From the NCBI GenBank assembly GCA_965227185.1, contig OZ245733.1:3594074-3658073 (forward strand): a stretch of 64,000 nt of DNA, written 5' to 3'. Positions 1-9,668 of the stretch are shown here, in pieces. Under the pieces are notes generated by a model, which saw only the letters and a list, made by a program, of their open reading frames with translations, did not search any database and was not told where the DNA came from. The translations under genes were made by a program, and so were the position numbers. Position 1 is the first letter of the stretch. Each line of letters starts with the position of its first letter. The stretch comes from Roseovarius sp. Its GTDB lineage: Bacteria; Pseudomonadota; Alphaproteobacteria; Rhodobacterales; Rhodobacteraceae.

Positions 1-345
1 CAGATGCTCGATCGGCGCTCCGGTGATGATCAGCCCGTCGAATTTCTCGCCCGTCGCCTCGACCTCGGAAAAAGGGCGATAGAAGCTTTCCATGTGGTCG
101 GCAGCGGTGTTCTTGGTGCGATGCTCGGACATGCGGATCAGGCTCAGGTCGATCTGCAGCGGCGTCGCGCCGATCAGGCGGGCAAACTGGTTCTCGGTCT
201 GGATCTTCTTGGGCATCAGGTTCAGCAAGCCGATCCGCAACGGCCGGATATCCTGCCGCGACGCCTGATCCTCGTCCATCACCATCACGCCCTCGCGGGT
301 GAGGACGTCAAAGGCGGGCAGGCTGGATGGGATCTTGATCGGCAT
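1..345 (-). CDS. metA: Homoserine O-acyltransferase MetA, N-terminal part (runs off the window)
   Basis: Manual reverse translation from ATG at 345: [23 protein letters not shown]...[22 protein letters not shown]...[14 protein letters not shown], the typical MetA/HTS N-terminus. Not in the ORF track. Confidence 0.93.
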   Translation of the reverse strand, partial: MPIKIPSSLPAFDVLTREGVMVMDEDQASRQDIRPLRIGLLNLMPKKIQTENQFARLIGATPLQIDLSLIRMSEHRTKNTAADHMESFYRPFSEVEATGEKFDGLIITGAPIEHL

Positions 346-384
346 GTCGGAACCTGGTTACGGCGGTGCGGCCTAGATAAAGGT

Positions 385-1245
385 TTATCCCCGGCGCTCA
401 AGGGCTGCGGCCACCAGCGCCTCGAATCCTTCGGCGCTTGTAACCTGCGAAACCTCGTCGTGGTCGAGCGTGATGCCCCACTTCTCCATCGCCGCATAGC
501 GTGGCGCGCGGTGCGCCAAAGCCTTGGCATAGGTCCAGCGGATGAAGTGATCGGGTTCAACGTCGCCTTCTTCGACCTTGTTTTCGCTCAGGTATTCCGC
601 CCAGGCGGCCGCCAGGAACTCGGGCTGATAGCACATCGGCTTGGGCGCGCGGTCGAAGCGGCGGATCAGTTCCTGCCGGTGCGCCTCGTCGCCTTTCAGC
701 CCGATCAAAAGGCAGTGAGACGCCAGTTCCGTCAGGATCGGATCGTCCGGATCGTCGCCATCGACCCATTCACAGATCGACCCGCCGGTATCGCAGACAA
801 AATGCGGATAGCCATAAAGCCGCCACGCGCGTTCGATGAAATGGCCGGTATCCAGCAGCGCGTTGACCTCCGCGCGCCGGAACTGCTCCTGCCGGATACG
901 GTACTCGTCAATCGGCAGCCCGCCCTTGTCGGGGTCGCCCGGCTTGCCGAGGTAAGTGGACACCGGCGACAGGTTGTCGAAAGTGATGTTCGAGCCGATA
1001 TAGATCGAATCCGTCTTCAGCAGGTCGCGCAGAAAAGGCACCTTCATCGCGTGCGCCTTGGCGTTGTCGGCAATCAGCTCGCCCATGTAGCGGGTGCCGA
1101 TCCGGTAATCGATGGAATAGTGAAACCAGTCACCCGCCTCGCGCAGCATGTTCGACAGGTGGGTCTTGCCCAGCCCCGACATGCCGTAGAACAGCACCCG
1201 TTTGTGCGGCGCGTCCCGCCAATCCTGCGCGGTCTGGTAGATCAT
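385..1245 (-). CDS. Uncharacterised P-loop ATPase/kinase-like protein
   Basis: Walker A GMSGLGKT. Start moved to MIYQ at 1245 because GGAG precedes it. Confidence 0.8.
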   Translation of the reverse strand: MIYQTAQDWRDAPHKRVLFYGMSGLGKTHLSNMLREAGDWFHYSIDYRIGTRYMGELIADNAKAHAMKVPFLRDLLKTDSIYIGSNITFDNLSPVSTYLGKPGDPDKGGLPIDEYRIRQEQFRRAEVNALLDTGHFIERAWRLYGYPHFVCDTGGSICEWVDGDDPDDPILTELASHCLLIGLKGDEAHRQELIRRFDRAPKPMCYQPEFLAAAWAEYLSENKVEEGDVEPDHFIRWTYAKALAHRAPRYAAMEKWGITLDHDEVSQVTSAEGFEALVAAALERRG

Positions 1246-1322
1246 GGTCCAAGCTCCCTTATCGCCGCTTTGGTAGACAGCGGCGCGGAAGGCGTCAAAC
1301 CTCAATCCGTTGCAGCCAACGA

Positions 1323-1353
1323 AAAACCCCGCCGGAGTGGACGGCGGGGTTTT
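1323..1353. terminator. Intrinsic terminator downstream of the fadL-type gene (bidirectional form)
   Basis: AAAACCCCGCC-N9-GGCGGGGTTTT, an 11-bp stem. Confidence 0.85.
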
Positions 1354-1375
1354 CCGATCTTGAGTGAGGTATGGC

Positions 1376-2500
1376 TCAGAAGTGGTAGCCCAGCTTCAGG
1401 CCCAGGCTGACGGCGGAGTTGTTGCTGAAGCTACCGACGGGCGTGTCGGGCGTGCCGACCTCCGGGCGCCCGTCGCCCAGCCAAGTATAGCGGAGACCAC
1501 CTGAGATATCCATCTTGTCGTTGATCATGTACTTGCCGCCCACGGTGATTGCGGTCTGACCGTTTGTCGGGGCCAGGGGCGAGACGAGGTCATCGCTGCC
1601 GCCGTCTTCGTAGCTGACAGTTACGCTACCCGAGAACTTTTCGGTAAAGCGTTTACCGACGCCGATTTCATAAGTGATCACGTCATCCAGTTCCGCCAGG
1701 TTCGGAACCGGCCCCACCGGGTCCAGCGTGAAGGCAGACCATTCCGACCACCGCACGGACCCGAAGATAAGCGTGCTCTGGTTGATACCTGATTGGACAT
1801 TCAGTTCAACAGACTGGGGAAGTTCGGAATCGGTGAACGTGCCATTCAATGTCGCCCCGCCCGCTGCAGGCGGGAACTGCTGCGAAGTGTTGAACCTGAT
1901 GTCGACCGGAGAATGATAGGTCAGCGCCGCGCGCAGGGCGATGTCCGGGATCTCGTAGGCCGCACCAACGACATAACCGGCCGCGGTCGAGCCGGCAAAT
2001 TCCACGTTATAGCCACTGAGCGGGATCGGACCGGCGTTGTAAGCCTGGCCCGAAAGGGTGATCCCGCCTTCCGCATGAACGAAGCGCGGACCGCCATAGA
2101 CCGACACGCGATCGGTAACCTTGTACCGAACGAGGGTGGTCAAGGCATGCGTCTCGGCGTCGGCACGCGTTCCGCCCAACAGCGTCGTCGCCGGGTTGCC
2201 ACCATAGGCGACCTTCGCGCCGTATGGCTGATCGTAGATCATCGCCAGCGACAGCTTGTCGTTGAAGTCGATCTTCAGCGCCGCGCCGACTTGACCGTAG
2301 TCACCGCCGACATTGCTGATCGAATTGCCCAGCAGGTCCGAGCCGGTGACGTCCGGCATGGTGAAGCCATAGGACAGTTCGGCATAGTTGCCTTGCTCGA
2401 ACAGCGGGTCGATTGGGGTATAGCTACGGTCCAGTCCGCCCGCATTGGCGGTGCCTGCCGCAAGGCCGAGAGTGGTGGCGGCCAGTGCCAGTTTTTTCAT
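1376..2500 (-). CDS. OmpP1/FadL family outer-membrane transporter
   Basis: Signal peptide MKKLALAATTLGLAAGTANA, then GGLDRS hatch start, alternating beta-strand pattern and C-terminal Phe (LGYHF). Confidence 0.85.
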   Translation of the reverse strand: MKKLALAATTLGLAAGTANAGGLDRSYTPIDPLFEQGNYAELSYGFTMPDVTGSDLLGNSISNVGGDYGQVGAALKIDFNDKLSLAMIYDQPYGAKVAYGGNPATTLLGGTRADAETHALTTLVRYKVTDRVSVYGGPRFVHAEGGITLSGQAYNAGPIPLSGYNVEFAGSTAAGYVVGAAYEIPDIALRAALTYHSPVDIRFNTSQQFPPAAGGATLNGTFTDSELPQSVELNVQSGINQSTLIFGSVRWSEWSAFTLDPVGPVPNLAELDDVITYEIGVGKRFTEKFSGSVTVSYEDGGSDDLVSPLAPTNGQTAITVGGKYMINDKMDISGGLRYTWLGDGRPEVGTPDTPVGSFSNNSAVSLGLKLGYHF

Positions 2501-2640
2501 GAGTTCCTCTCCTCCAGAACATGAATTCACACTACTGTTACGTGTGAAAATCGGTCAATTTTTACGCGACGTCATGAAATGAGGGCAGGGGGGCGACGTG
2601 CAATAATGTCACAGCTTCGGCCCGTTCCGACCCGTTCGGT

Positions 2641-3537
2641 TCACCTCTTGCGGGTCTCGGACCACAGGTTGAGGTAATTCGCGCCGAAAATCAGGGCCGC
2701 ACCGACGAAAACAAAGACGCTCACCGCCTCGTCATAAACCAGCAGGCCCACGATCGCGATCACCGGCAGCCTCATGAAATCGATCGGGCTGACCAGCGTG
2801 GCGGGTGCCAGCGACAGCGCCGAGGTTATGCAGAAATGCGCTGTCAGCCCGCAGATGCCGATAGCCACCAGCCACGGCAGGCTTTGAGGCGAGGGCAGAG
2901 CGATATCCCCGTCAAAGCCTGCGCAGATCAGGCCGAACACCGCCTGCATCACGGTCATGTAGAACAGGATGCAGGTCAGCGATTCCGTCCGCGTCAGCCG
3001 CTTGGCAAAGATATACGTCCCGGCAAAGCCGATGGCGCAGGCGGCTGCCGCTGCCGTTCCGATATTCAGCGTTTCGGGCGTGGGCCGCGCCACGATCAGG
3101 ATGCCGATGAAGCCAAGCACGGCGGCAATCACCCGCATCCGCGTCATCCGCTCGCCCAGCATCAGGGGCGACAGGATCAGCACCCACAGGGGCGTGGTGA
3201 ATTCCAGCGCGAAGACTTGCGCCAGCGGGATCATTGTTATGGCGAAGAACCACAGGTTCTGTCCGGTGAAGTGAAAGACGTTGCGCAACAGATGCGTGCC
3301 GGTCTTTTGCGTCGGCAACTCGTGCAGACGCCGCTGCGCCAGCACGAACCCCATCACCACGATCAGGCCCACGACGCTGCGAAACATCATGATTTCAAAG
3401 GTATCAAGCTCGAAGCTCACCTGCCGCCCGGCCACCGCCATCAGCGTGAAGGATGCCACTGCGCCCATCATGAACACCCCCGCGCGCAGAACGGGCACCG
3501 CGGTGTCCCGCGTTGGGTTTTGCAGATTGTCGGTCAT
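2641..3537 (-). CDS. DMT/EamA family transporter
   Basis: About 10 hydrophobic helices; motifs FTTPLWVLILSPLMLGE and SPIDFMRLP. Confidence 0.88.
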   Translation of the reverse strand: MTDNLQNPTRDTAVPVLRAGVFMMGAVASFTLMAVAGRQVSFELDTFEIMMFRSVVGLIVVMGFVLAQRRLHELPTQKTGTHLLRNVFHFTGQNLWFFAITMIPLAQVFALEFTTPLWVLILSPLMLGERMTRMRVIAAVLGFIGILIVARPTPETLNIGTAAAAACAIGFAGTYIFAKRLTRTESLTCILFYMTVMQAVFGLICAGFDGDIALPSPQSLPWLVAIGICGLTAHFCITSALSLAPATLVSPIDFMRLPVIAIVGLLVYDEAVSVFVFVGAALIFGANYLNLWSETRKR

Positions 3538-3675
3538 CTATTCCCCGGGTCAGCCAATGGGCCATAACGCAGCGCGGGCCATCGCACATTCTGGTAGTCA
3601 CTTGATCTGTAAAGAGACGCAACGGGCTTTCCAAGTGCAGAGTGCCCGCCAGTCCAGGCTTCGGTCACGCGCGGC

Positions 3676-5694
3676 TCAGAAGGATCTTTCGACCCGGATG
3701 ACCACGATCAGATCCGGTTTGTCGTCGGCGTCCTCCAGATCCTCCGCCAGACGTGGCAGGCGCTCACGCCAGTGCCCCTTGTGGTGAACTTCGCGGAAGC
3801 TCGCTTCGATGAACGGCTTGCCCGCTTGGGCGAAGGAATCTCCGACAACCCAGACCGTCATGTCCGACGGCGGGTTCGAGTTGGTCACCACCTCGCGCGT
3901 GCCGAAAGAATCAGACACGGTTGCATCGGGAATGCCGCGCCGACGCAGCTCGAACTTCCGCCTGAATTCGTACAACCAGTTATCCCCGGGATGCAGCGGA
4001 AAGCTGTCCAGACCGGCAATTCCCCCGATGATGTCACCTTCGATTTCGGGCCCGGGCGCAAACGCCACCTCAGGCACCGGCAGCCCGAGCGCTTGCATCA
4101 GCCCATCCCAGGCAAGAAACGCACCCTTGCTGTTCCAATGGGTGTCCGTGCGGTAATAGAGGGTGCCCTCGGCCCCCTTCCCCCGCAGGAACCCGGCGGT
4201 CGGGTCGTGGAATGTCAGGTTCGGGATCGGGTCCAGCGCCTGCGCGAAAGCGTCGAAATACCGGCTGTCCGCGGGCGTCAGCTCGGGCGGCAGGTATTCG
4301 GGATAGACCGACGACTTGTTGGGACCGACAAGCAGGGCAACACGCGTGCCGGATTGCGCCGCCGTCTCGGCGATGTTCGCAAAGAGCGCGCGCATCTCGT
4401 CGACCTCGTCGGGCGGAGGCGGGCTGTCAGATCGCAGCTTGGCCACCGTCCGGTCATAGCTGTTGCCCAGAAAGAGCCAGTCATCGCGCCCTTCGAACCA
4501 GCGGCTGGAAGGTCCGATCCGGTGTTCCAGACCGTCCCGCAGATACACCGTCCGGGCGGTGTGGCTGTCGCTGAAATCGGTCCGGCTGATCACGAACCCT
4601 GCCAGTCCGACCGCCACCATGACCGCCGCCAGCCACAGCGACCGCGCCGGTTCACGGAACTTGCCAAACCGGATCGGTCGCTCGATCAAGCGGTAGGTCA
4701 GCCATGCCAGCAGAATGGCCAGGAGCACGCCCGCGATCCGCGCATCCCGGTGCGGTACGTCGTCCTCTGCGATGTGCAAAAACGAAAGCACCGGCCAGTG
4801 CCAAAGGTAAAGCGGATAACTGATCAGCCCAAACCAGATCGCGACGCGATTGGTGAAGAGGGGGGCCACACCCCATCCTGTCGCCCCGCCGAAGATCACG
4901 AGCACCGCCCCCAGTACGGGCAGGATCGCCCACCAGGACGGGAAGGCGACTGTCCGGTCGATCAGTGCCACCGACACGACCAGAAGCAGCAGTCCCAGTC
5001 CTCCCGCCAGTTTGCGAACCGCTGCACCGGCCAGCGGCCCGTCCCGGTGCACCGTGACCCACGCCAGAATGCTCCCGCTCAGCAACTCCCAGAAACGTCC
5101 GAACGGCCAGAAAAACGTCTCGACCGGATGCGTGGTGGCATAGGCGACATTCACCACGAAGGACCCCGCGAAGACGATCAGGGTCAGGATCAACAGGCGG
5201 ACCCGCAGCTTCCACGCCACCCAAAGCGCGAGCGGCCACAGGATATAGAACTGTTCCTCGACCGCGAGGCTCCACAGGTGCAGCATCGGCTTCACCTCGG
5301 CCGCGGCGTCGAAATAGCCGGCTTCGGCGGCGAAGACGAAGTTGCTGATGAAAGCGGCGCCGCTGGCGACGTGCAGCCCAAGCTGGTTGAACTCGTCCGA
5401 CAACAGGACCAGCCATCCGAACAGCAGGCTGAGCGACACCACCACCAGAAGAGCGGGAAAGATCCGCCGGATGCGCCGTTGAAAGAAATCGGCGAAGCTG
5501 AACGCGCCTTTGTCCAGCGTCTCGAAGATATGGCTGGTGATCAGAAAGCCGCTGATGACGAAGAAAACGTCGACCCCGACGAACCCGCCCGGCACCCCGC
5601 CGGGGAACGCGTGGAAGGCGACGACGGACAGGACCGCGAAGGCCCGAAGACCGTCGATCTCTCTGCGATAGCCGGTATGATGCGGGGCCGTCAT
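3676..5694 (-). CDS. Acyltransferase-3 (OafA-like membrane domain) fused to an AlgX/AlgJ-type SGNH-like domain
   Basis: AT3 motifs IDGLRAFAV, GVDVFFVISGFLIT, RRIRRIFP, HLWSLAVEEQFY, ISYPLYLWHWP. The C-terminal domain has WLFLGN, YYRTDTHWN and a later VVGDSF. Confidence 0.85.
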   Translation of the reverse strand: MTAPHHTGYRREIDGLRAFAVLSVVAFHAFPGGVPGGFVGVDVFFVISGFLITSHIFETLDKGAFSFADFFQRRIRRIFPALLVVVSLSLLFGWLVLLSDEFNQLGLHVASGAAFISNFVFAAEAGYFDAAAEVKPMLHLWSLAVEEQFYILWPLALWVAWKLRVRLLILTLIVFAGSFVVNVAYATTHPVETFFWPFGRFWELLSGSILAWVTVHRDGPLAGAAVRKLAGGLGLLLLVVSVALIDRTVAFPSWWAILPVLGAVLVIFGGATGWGVAPLFTNRVAIWFGLISYPLYLWHWPVLSFLHIAEDDVPHRDARIAGVLLAILLAWLTYRLIERPIRFGKFREPARSLWLAAVMVAVGLAGFVISRTDFSDSHTARTVYLRDGLEHRIGPSSRWFEGRDDWLFLGNSYDRTVAKLRSDSPPPPDEVDEMRALFANIAETAAQSGTRVALLVGPNKSSVYPEYLPPELTPADSRYFDAFAQALDPIPNLTFHDPTAGFLRGKGAEGTLYYRTDTHWNSKGAFLAWDGLMQALGLPVPEVAFAPGPEIEGDIIGGIAGLDSFPLHPGDNWLYEFRRKFELRRRGIPDATVSDSFGTREVVTNSNPPSDMTVWVVGDSFAQAGKPFIEASFREVHHKGHWRERLPRLAEDLEDADDKPDLIVVIRVERSF

Positions 5695-5742
5695 GTGCGT
5701 CAACGCGGTGTCAGAGGGGCCCGGTGACCTGAGGGCACGCGC

Positions 5743-7314
5743 CTACTCCCATTCGATGGTGCCCGGCGGTTTGCTGGTGATGTCATAGGTCACGCGGTTG
5801 ATGCCCTCGACCTCGTTGATGATCCGCGTCGCGGTCTCGCCCAGGAAATCATGGCTGAACGGGTAGTAATCGGCGGTCATGCCGTCGACACTCGTCACCG
5901 CGCGCAAGGCGCAGGCGTAATCATAGGTCCGCCCGTCGCCCATCACGCCCACGGTGCGCACCGGCAGGATCGCCACAAACGCCTGCCATATCTCGTCGTA
6001 AAGGCCGTGCTTGCGAATCTGGTCGATATAGACGGCATCCGCCTTGCGCAGGATCTCCAGCTTATCGCGGGTGATCTCGCCGGGGCAGCGTATTGCAAGG
6101 CCGGGGCCGGGGAAGGGGTGGCGCCCGATGAAACTGTCGGGCAGGCCCAATTCGCGGCCCAATGCGCGCACCTCGTCCTTGAAGAGTTCCCGCAGCGGCT
6201 CAACCAGCTTCAGCCCCATCTTCTCGGGCAGGCCGCCCACGTTGTGGTGGCTCTTGATCGTCACGCTGGGGCCGCCGGAAAAGCTGACGGATTCAATGAC
6301 GTCGGGGTAAAGCGTGCCTTGGGCGAGGAAGGCCGCGCCCTCGATCTCGTCGGCGTATTTCTGGAACACGTCGATAAAGAGCTTGCCGATGATCTTGCGC
6401 TTGGTCTCTGGGTCCGACACGCCGTCCAACTCGCCAAGGAACAGATCCTGCTCCTGCGCGTGGATCACGCGCAGGTTCATGTGATCGCGGAACATGCCCA
6501 CGACTTCCTCGCCCTCATTGAGGCGCAACAGACCATGATCGACAAAGACGCAAGTGAGGTTCTCGCCGATCGCCTCGTGAATGAGGGCCGCGGCCACGGA
6601 ACTGTCCACGCCACCCGACAGCGCGCAGATGACCTTCGCATCGCCCACCTGTTCGCGGATCGCCTCGACCATCTCTTCGCGGTAGGCGGCCATGGTCCAG
6701 TCGCCCTTGAACCCGGCGCGCTTGACGAAATTTTCGTAAAGCGTGCGGCCATTGGGCGTGTGATGCACTTCCGGATGGAACTGCACCGCGTAGAAATCCC
6801 GCTCCAGATCGGCGGTGATGGCAAAGGGCGCGTGCGGCGAGGTGCCATAGACCGCGAACCCGGGCGCCAGCTCGGCCACATGGTCGCCATGACTCATCCA
6901 CACCTGCTCGCGCTCGCCAAGAAACCAGCCCGCCAGCAGGTCGATCCGCTCTTCCGTAGGCGACACCCAGGCGCGGCCGAACTCCGCCGTGCCGCCGCCG
7001 CCCGAGATCTTGCCGCCTTCGACGCGGCCGCCCAGATCCTGCATCATGACCTGTTGGCCATAGCAGATGCCAAGGATCGGCACGCCGAGGTCATAGACCG
7101 ATTGCGGCGGCCGGGGCGCGCCCTCGCGCGTCACGGTGTCGGGCCCGCCGGAAAAGATCACCGCCTTGGGCGCAAAGTCCTTCAGAAACGCGTCCGTGAC
7201 GTTCTGAAACGGGTGAATTTCGCAATAGACGCTCAGCTCGCGCAGGCGGCGCGCGATCAGCTGCGTCACCTGGCTGCCAAAGTCGATGATAAGAAGGCGG
7301 TCATGCTGGGTCAT
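5743..7314 (-). CDS. guaA: GMP synthase (glutamine-hydrolysing)
   Basis: [36 protein letters not shown]-terminal KPPGTIEWE. Start at MTQHD (7314). Confidence 0.98.
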   Translation of the reverse strand: MTQHDRLLIIDFGSQVTQLIARRLRELSVYCEIHPFQNVTDAFLKDFAPKAVIFSGGPDTVTREGAPRPPQSVYDLGVPILGICYGQQVMMQDLGGRVEGGKISGGGGTAEFGRAWVSPTEERIDLLAGWFLGEREQVWMSHGDHVAELAPGFAVYGTSPHAPFAITADLERDFYAVQFHPEVHHTPNGRTLYENFVKRAGFKGDWTMAAYREEMVEAIREQVGDAKVICALSGGVDSSVAAALIHEAIGENLTCVFVDHGLLRLNEGEEVVGMFRDHMNLRVIHAQEQDLFLGELDGVSDPETKRKIIGKLFIDVFQKYADEIEGAAFLAQGTLYPDVIESVSFSGGPSVTIKSHHNVGGLPEKMGLKLVEPLRELFKDEVRALGRELGLPDSFIGRHPFPGPGLAIRCPGEITRDKLEILRKADAVYIDQIRKHGLYDEIWQAFVAILPVRTVGVMGDGRTYDYACALRAVTSVDGMTADYYPFSHDFLGETATRIINEVEGINRVTYDITSKPPGTIEWE

Positions 7315-7395
7315 GCAAAGCCCATATGAAAAGCCTGTGCGCGATGCAACAGGTTTGAGCGTGCCTGACCAAGCCGCGCGACCATGAGGCGCTCC

Positions 7396-7461
7396 GTCAT
7401 CCTCGGGCCTGACCCGAGGATCTCTCTGACCCGGAGATCCCGGATCAAGTCCGGGATGACG
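7396..7461. repeat. Pair of inverted CGTC-type REP palindromes
   Basis: GTCATCCTCGGGCCTGACCCGAGGATCTC followed by GAGATCCCGGATCAAGTCCGGGATGACG; related copies at 12872, 12939, 21384 and 53308-53448. Confidence 0.9.
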
Positions 7462-7648
7462 CGCCGCCACATCCCGTAGGGTGGGCGAAAGCCCACGCGC
7501 CCTTGCCGGGCGCATCCTTATCATCCCCGGAATGTCGTTATAGACCGTGAAACGGCGCAAATCTCCCGCGACTCGCCCGCATTAGCGGATATTTAAGGCG
7601 ACAGTCGCACTCTCTCACGGGTGCAAGTCCACGTTGGGGAACCAGAAT

Positions 7649-9193
7649 ATGGCCGAAGCAGCAGCCCGCAGACGGGCCCGGGGCGGAGGCGGCGCAGCCC
7701 GCCGCGCAGAACGTACCGCCGTCAGCGTCGAAACCGCCAAGTATATCGAGCGTAACATCCCGAATTTCGAGATCCTCAACGAAGAGGCGCTCGAGATGAT
7801 CGAGCACAACGCCGAAACCGTTCTGGAAGAGATCGGCGTCAATTTCGTCGAGAACCCCAAGGCGCTCCAGATGTGGAAAGACGCGGGCGCCGACGTGCAG
7901 GGCGAGCGGGTGCACATCCCCCGCGGCCTCGCGCGCGAGCTGATCAAGACCGCGCCGTCTGAGTACACCCAGCATGCCCGCAACCCCGAGCGGAATGTTG
8001 TCGTCGGCGGCAACAGCTTGGTCTACGCGCCGGTCTACGGCCCGCCTTTCGTGCGCGACAGCGCGGGCGGCCGGCGGTACGCGACCATGGCCGATTTCGA
8101 GAAGTTCGTGAAACTGGGCTATATGTCCAAGTGGCTGCACCACTCGGGCGGCACCGTGTGCGAACCCACCGACATCCCCGTGAACAAGCGCCATCTCGAC
8201 ATGCTGCGCGCCCATATGGTGTTGTCGGACAAGCCCTTCATGGGCTCCGTGACCGAGCCTTCCCGCGCACAGGACAGCGTGGATATGTGCGGCATCCTCT
8301 TCGGCGAGGAGTTCGTGCAGCAAAACACCGTGATGACCTCGCTGATCAACATCAACTCGCCGCTCACCTTCGACGAGGTGATGATGGGCGCGATGGAGGT
8401 CTACGCCAAGAACAACCAGGCCTGCATCGTCTCGCCCTTCATCGTTGGCGGCGCCATGGCGCCGGTGACCGTGGCCGGCACCCTGACGCAGGTCATGGCC
8501 GAGGCGCTGGCGGGTGTGGCCTTCAACCAGCTCTGCAATCCCGGCGCGCCCGTCATCATGGGGGCGTTCGTCACCTCGATCGACATGAACTCCGGCGCGC
8601 CCACTTTTGGGACACCCGAGGCCGCGCATATCACCTATGGCGCGGGGCAACTCGCCCGCCGTCTTGGGCTGCCCTACCGTTCGGCCGGGTCGTTCAACGG
8701 CTCCAAACTGCCCGATGCGCAGGCCGCCTACGAGACCGCCAACAGCCTCAACATGGGGCTTCTGGCGGGTGTCAACTTCATGCTGCACTCCTGCGGCTGG
8801 CTCGAAGGCGGGCTGGTCTCCTCGTTCGAGAAATTCGTCATGGATGCCGACCAGTTGGGCGTCTACCACCACCTCGCCAAAGGCATCTACACCGACGAGA
8901 ACGGCCAGGCGATGGACGCCATCCGCGAGGTCGGCCCCGGCGGGCACTACCTTGGCTGCGCCCACACCCAGGCCAATTTCAAGACCGCCTTCTGGCGTTC
9001 GGAAATGCTCGACTACAAACCGTTCGAGCAATGGGCCGACGAGGGCGAGCAGGACACGATGGCGCTGGCCGCCGCCCGGGTCGAAAAGCAGCTGGCCAAC
9101 TACCAGCAGCCCGCGCTCGACCCCGGCGTGCTCGAAGCGCTCAACGCCTATGTTGCCGAGAAGAAGGCCTCGATGCCCGACGCCTTCGGCTGA
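7649..9193 (+). CDS. Trimethylamine methyltransferase (MttB) superfamily protein, pyrrolysine-free
   Basis: Motifs APVYGPPFVRD, GGTVCEP, SKLPDAQAAYE, HSCGWLEGGL, GPGGHYLG; no in-frame amber codon. Confidence 0.92.
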   Translation: MAEAAARRRARGGGGAARRAERTAVSVETAKYIERNIPNFEILNEEALEMIEHNAETVLEEIGVNFVENPKALQMWKDAGADVQGERVHIPRGLARELIKTAPSEYTQHARNPERNVVVGGNSLVYAPVYGPPFVRDSAGGRRYATMADFEKFVKLGYMSKWLHHSGGTVCEPTDIPVNKRHLDMLRAHMVLSDKPFMGSVTEPSRAQDSVDMCGILFGEEFVQQNTVMTSLININSPLTFDEVMMGAMEVYAKNNQACIVSPFIVGGAMAPVTVAGTLTQVMAEALAGVAFNQLCNPGAPVIMGAFVTSIDMNSGAPTFGTPEAAHITYGAGQLARRLGLPYRSAGSFNGSKLPDAQAAYETANSLNMGLLAGVNFMLHSCGWLEGGLVSSFEKFVMDADQLGVYHHLAKGIYTDENGQAMDAIREVGPGGHYLGCAHTQANFKTAFWRSEMLDYKPFEQWADEGEQDTMALAAARVEKQLANYQQPALDPGVLEALNAYVAEKKASMPDAFG

Positions 9194-9197
9194 TCCT

Positions 9198-9533
9198 TCA
9201 CAGCACCGGCGCGGGCTCGCACGCTCGCGCCGGTGCCTCCGGTTTGGGCGCCATCGCGGCTCGGATCAGCCGCGCTTCTCCCATGATCGCAATCATCACG
9301 TCCACGTGCCGGGCCACCGCGTACTCCGCGCGCCGTCCGCGCCGGGCCGCGTCAAGCTCCGCCTCGACCGCGATCAATTCCGCCAGCGCCGTGCCGCTGT
9401 CGGGCAGGGCGCTCGTGTCCAAGTGCCGCGACAAATGCAACTCGCGGCGGTACTGCGCGGCGCCCAATCGGGCCGCGCGGATCAGAAGCCGCGGGCGTTT
9501 GAGCGTGTCGAGAACGCAAAGCAGATCGGTCAT
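9198..9533 (-). CDS. gafB: DUF6477-type protein, probable GafB (rcc01866 homolog)
   Basis: LKRPRLLIRAARLG and YAVARHVDVMIAIMGEAR motifs; divergent from the DUF6456-type gene between guaA and lipA. Confidence 0.72.
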   Translation of the reverse strand: MTDLLCVLDTLKRPRLLIRAARLGAAQYRRELHLSRHLDTSALPDSGTALAELIAVEAELDAARRGRRAEYAVARHVDVMIAIMGEARLIRAAMAPKPEAPARACEPAPVL

Positions 9534-9668
9534 CTCAGGTCTCCTTCCTTCGGGAACCCGATCAGTGCCTCACCCGCCAGGAGCGTTGCGTGACTCGCCG
9601 TTTAAGCGAACGGAACCGTTTCCAATTGTTCACACTCTCGAAACCATTGTTTCCAGACTGGCTGTAAA

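Noticed and set aside
346-384. SAM riboswitch upstream of metA
   Set aside because: Only 39 bp separate metA from the upstream gene, and no SAM-II or SAM-SAH motif is visible.
4-1410. 468-aa plus-strand ORF, and similar long ORFs (3772-5727, 5851-7329, 7538-9031, 14106-16379, 52067-54439, 61515-63080)
   Set aside because: Antisense shadows of well-supported genes, expected in high-GC DNA; no recognisable motifs.
5695-5760. Genomic island integrated at the guaA 3' end
   Set aside because: No integrase, no duplicated guaA 3' sequence seen and no obvious compositional shift; only a single accessory-looking gene.
7649-9193. Pyrrolysine recoding in the MttB homolog
   Set aside because: The frame is open with no in-frame TAG, and no pyl genes are present.
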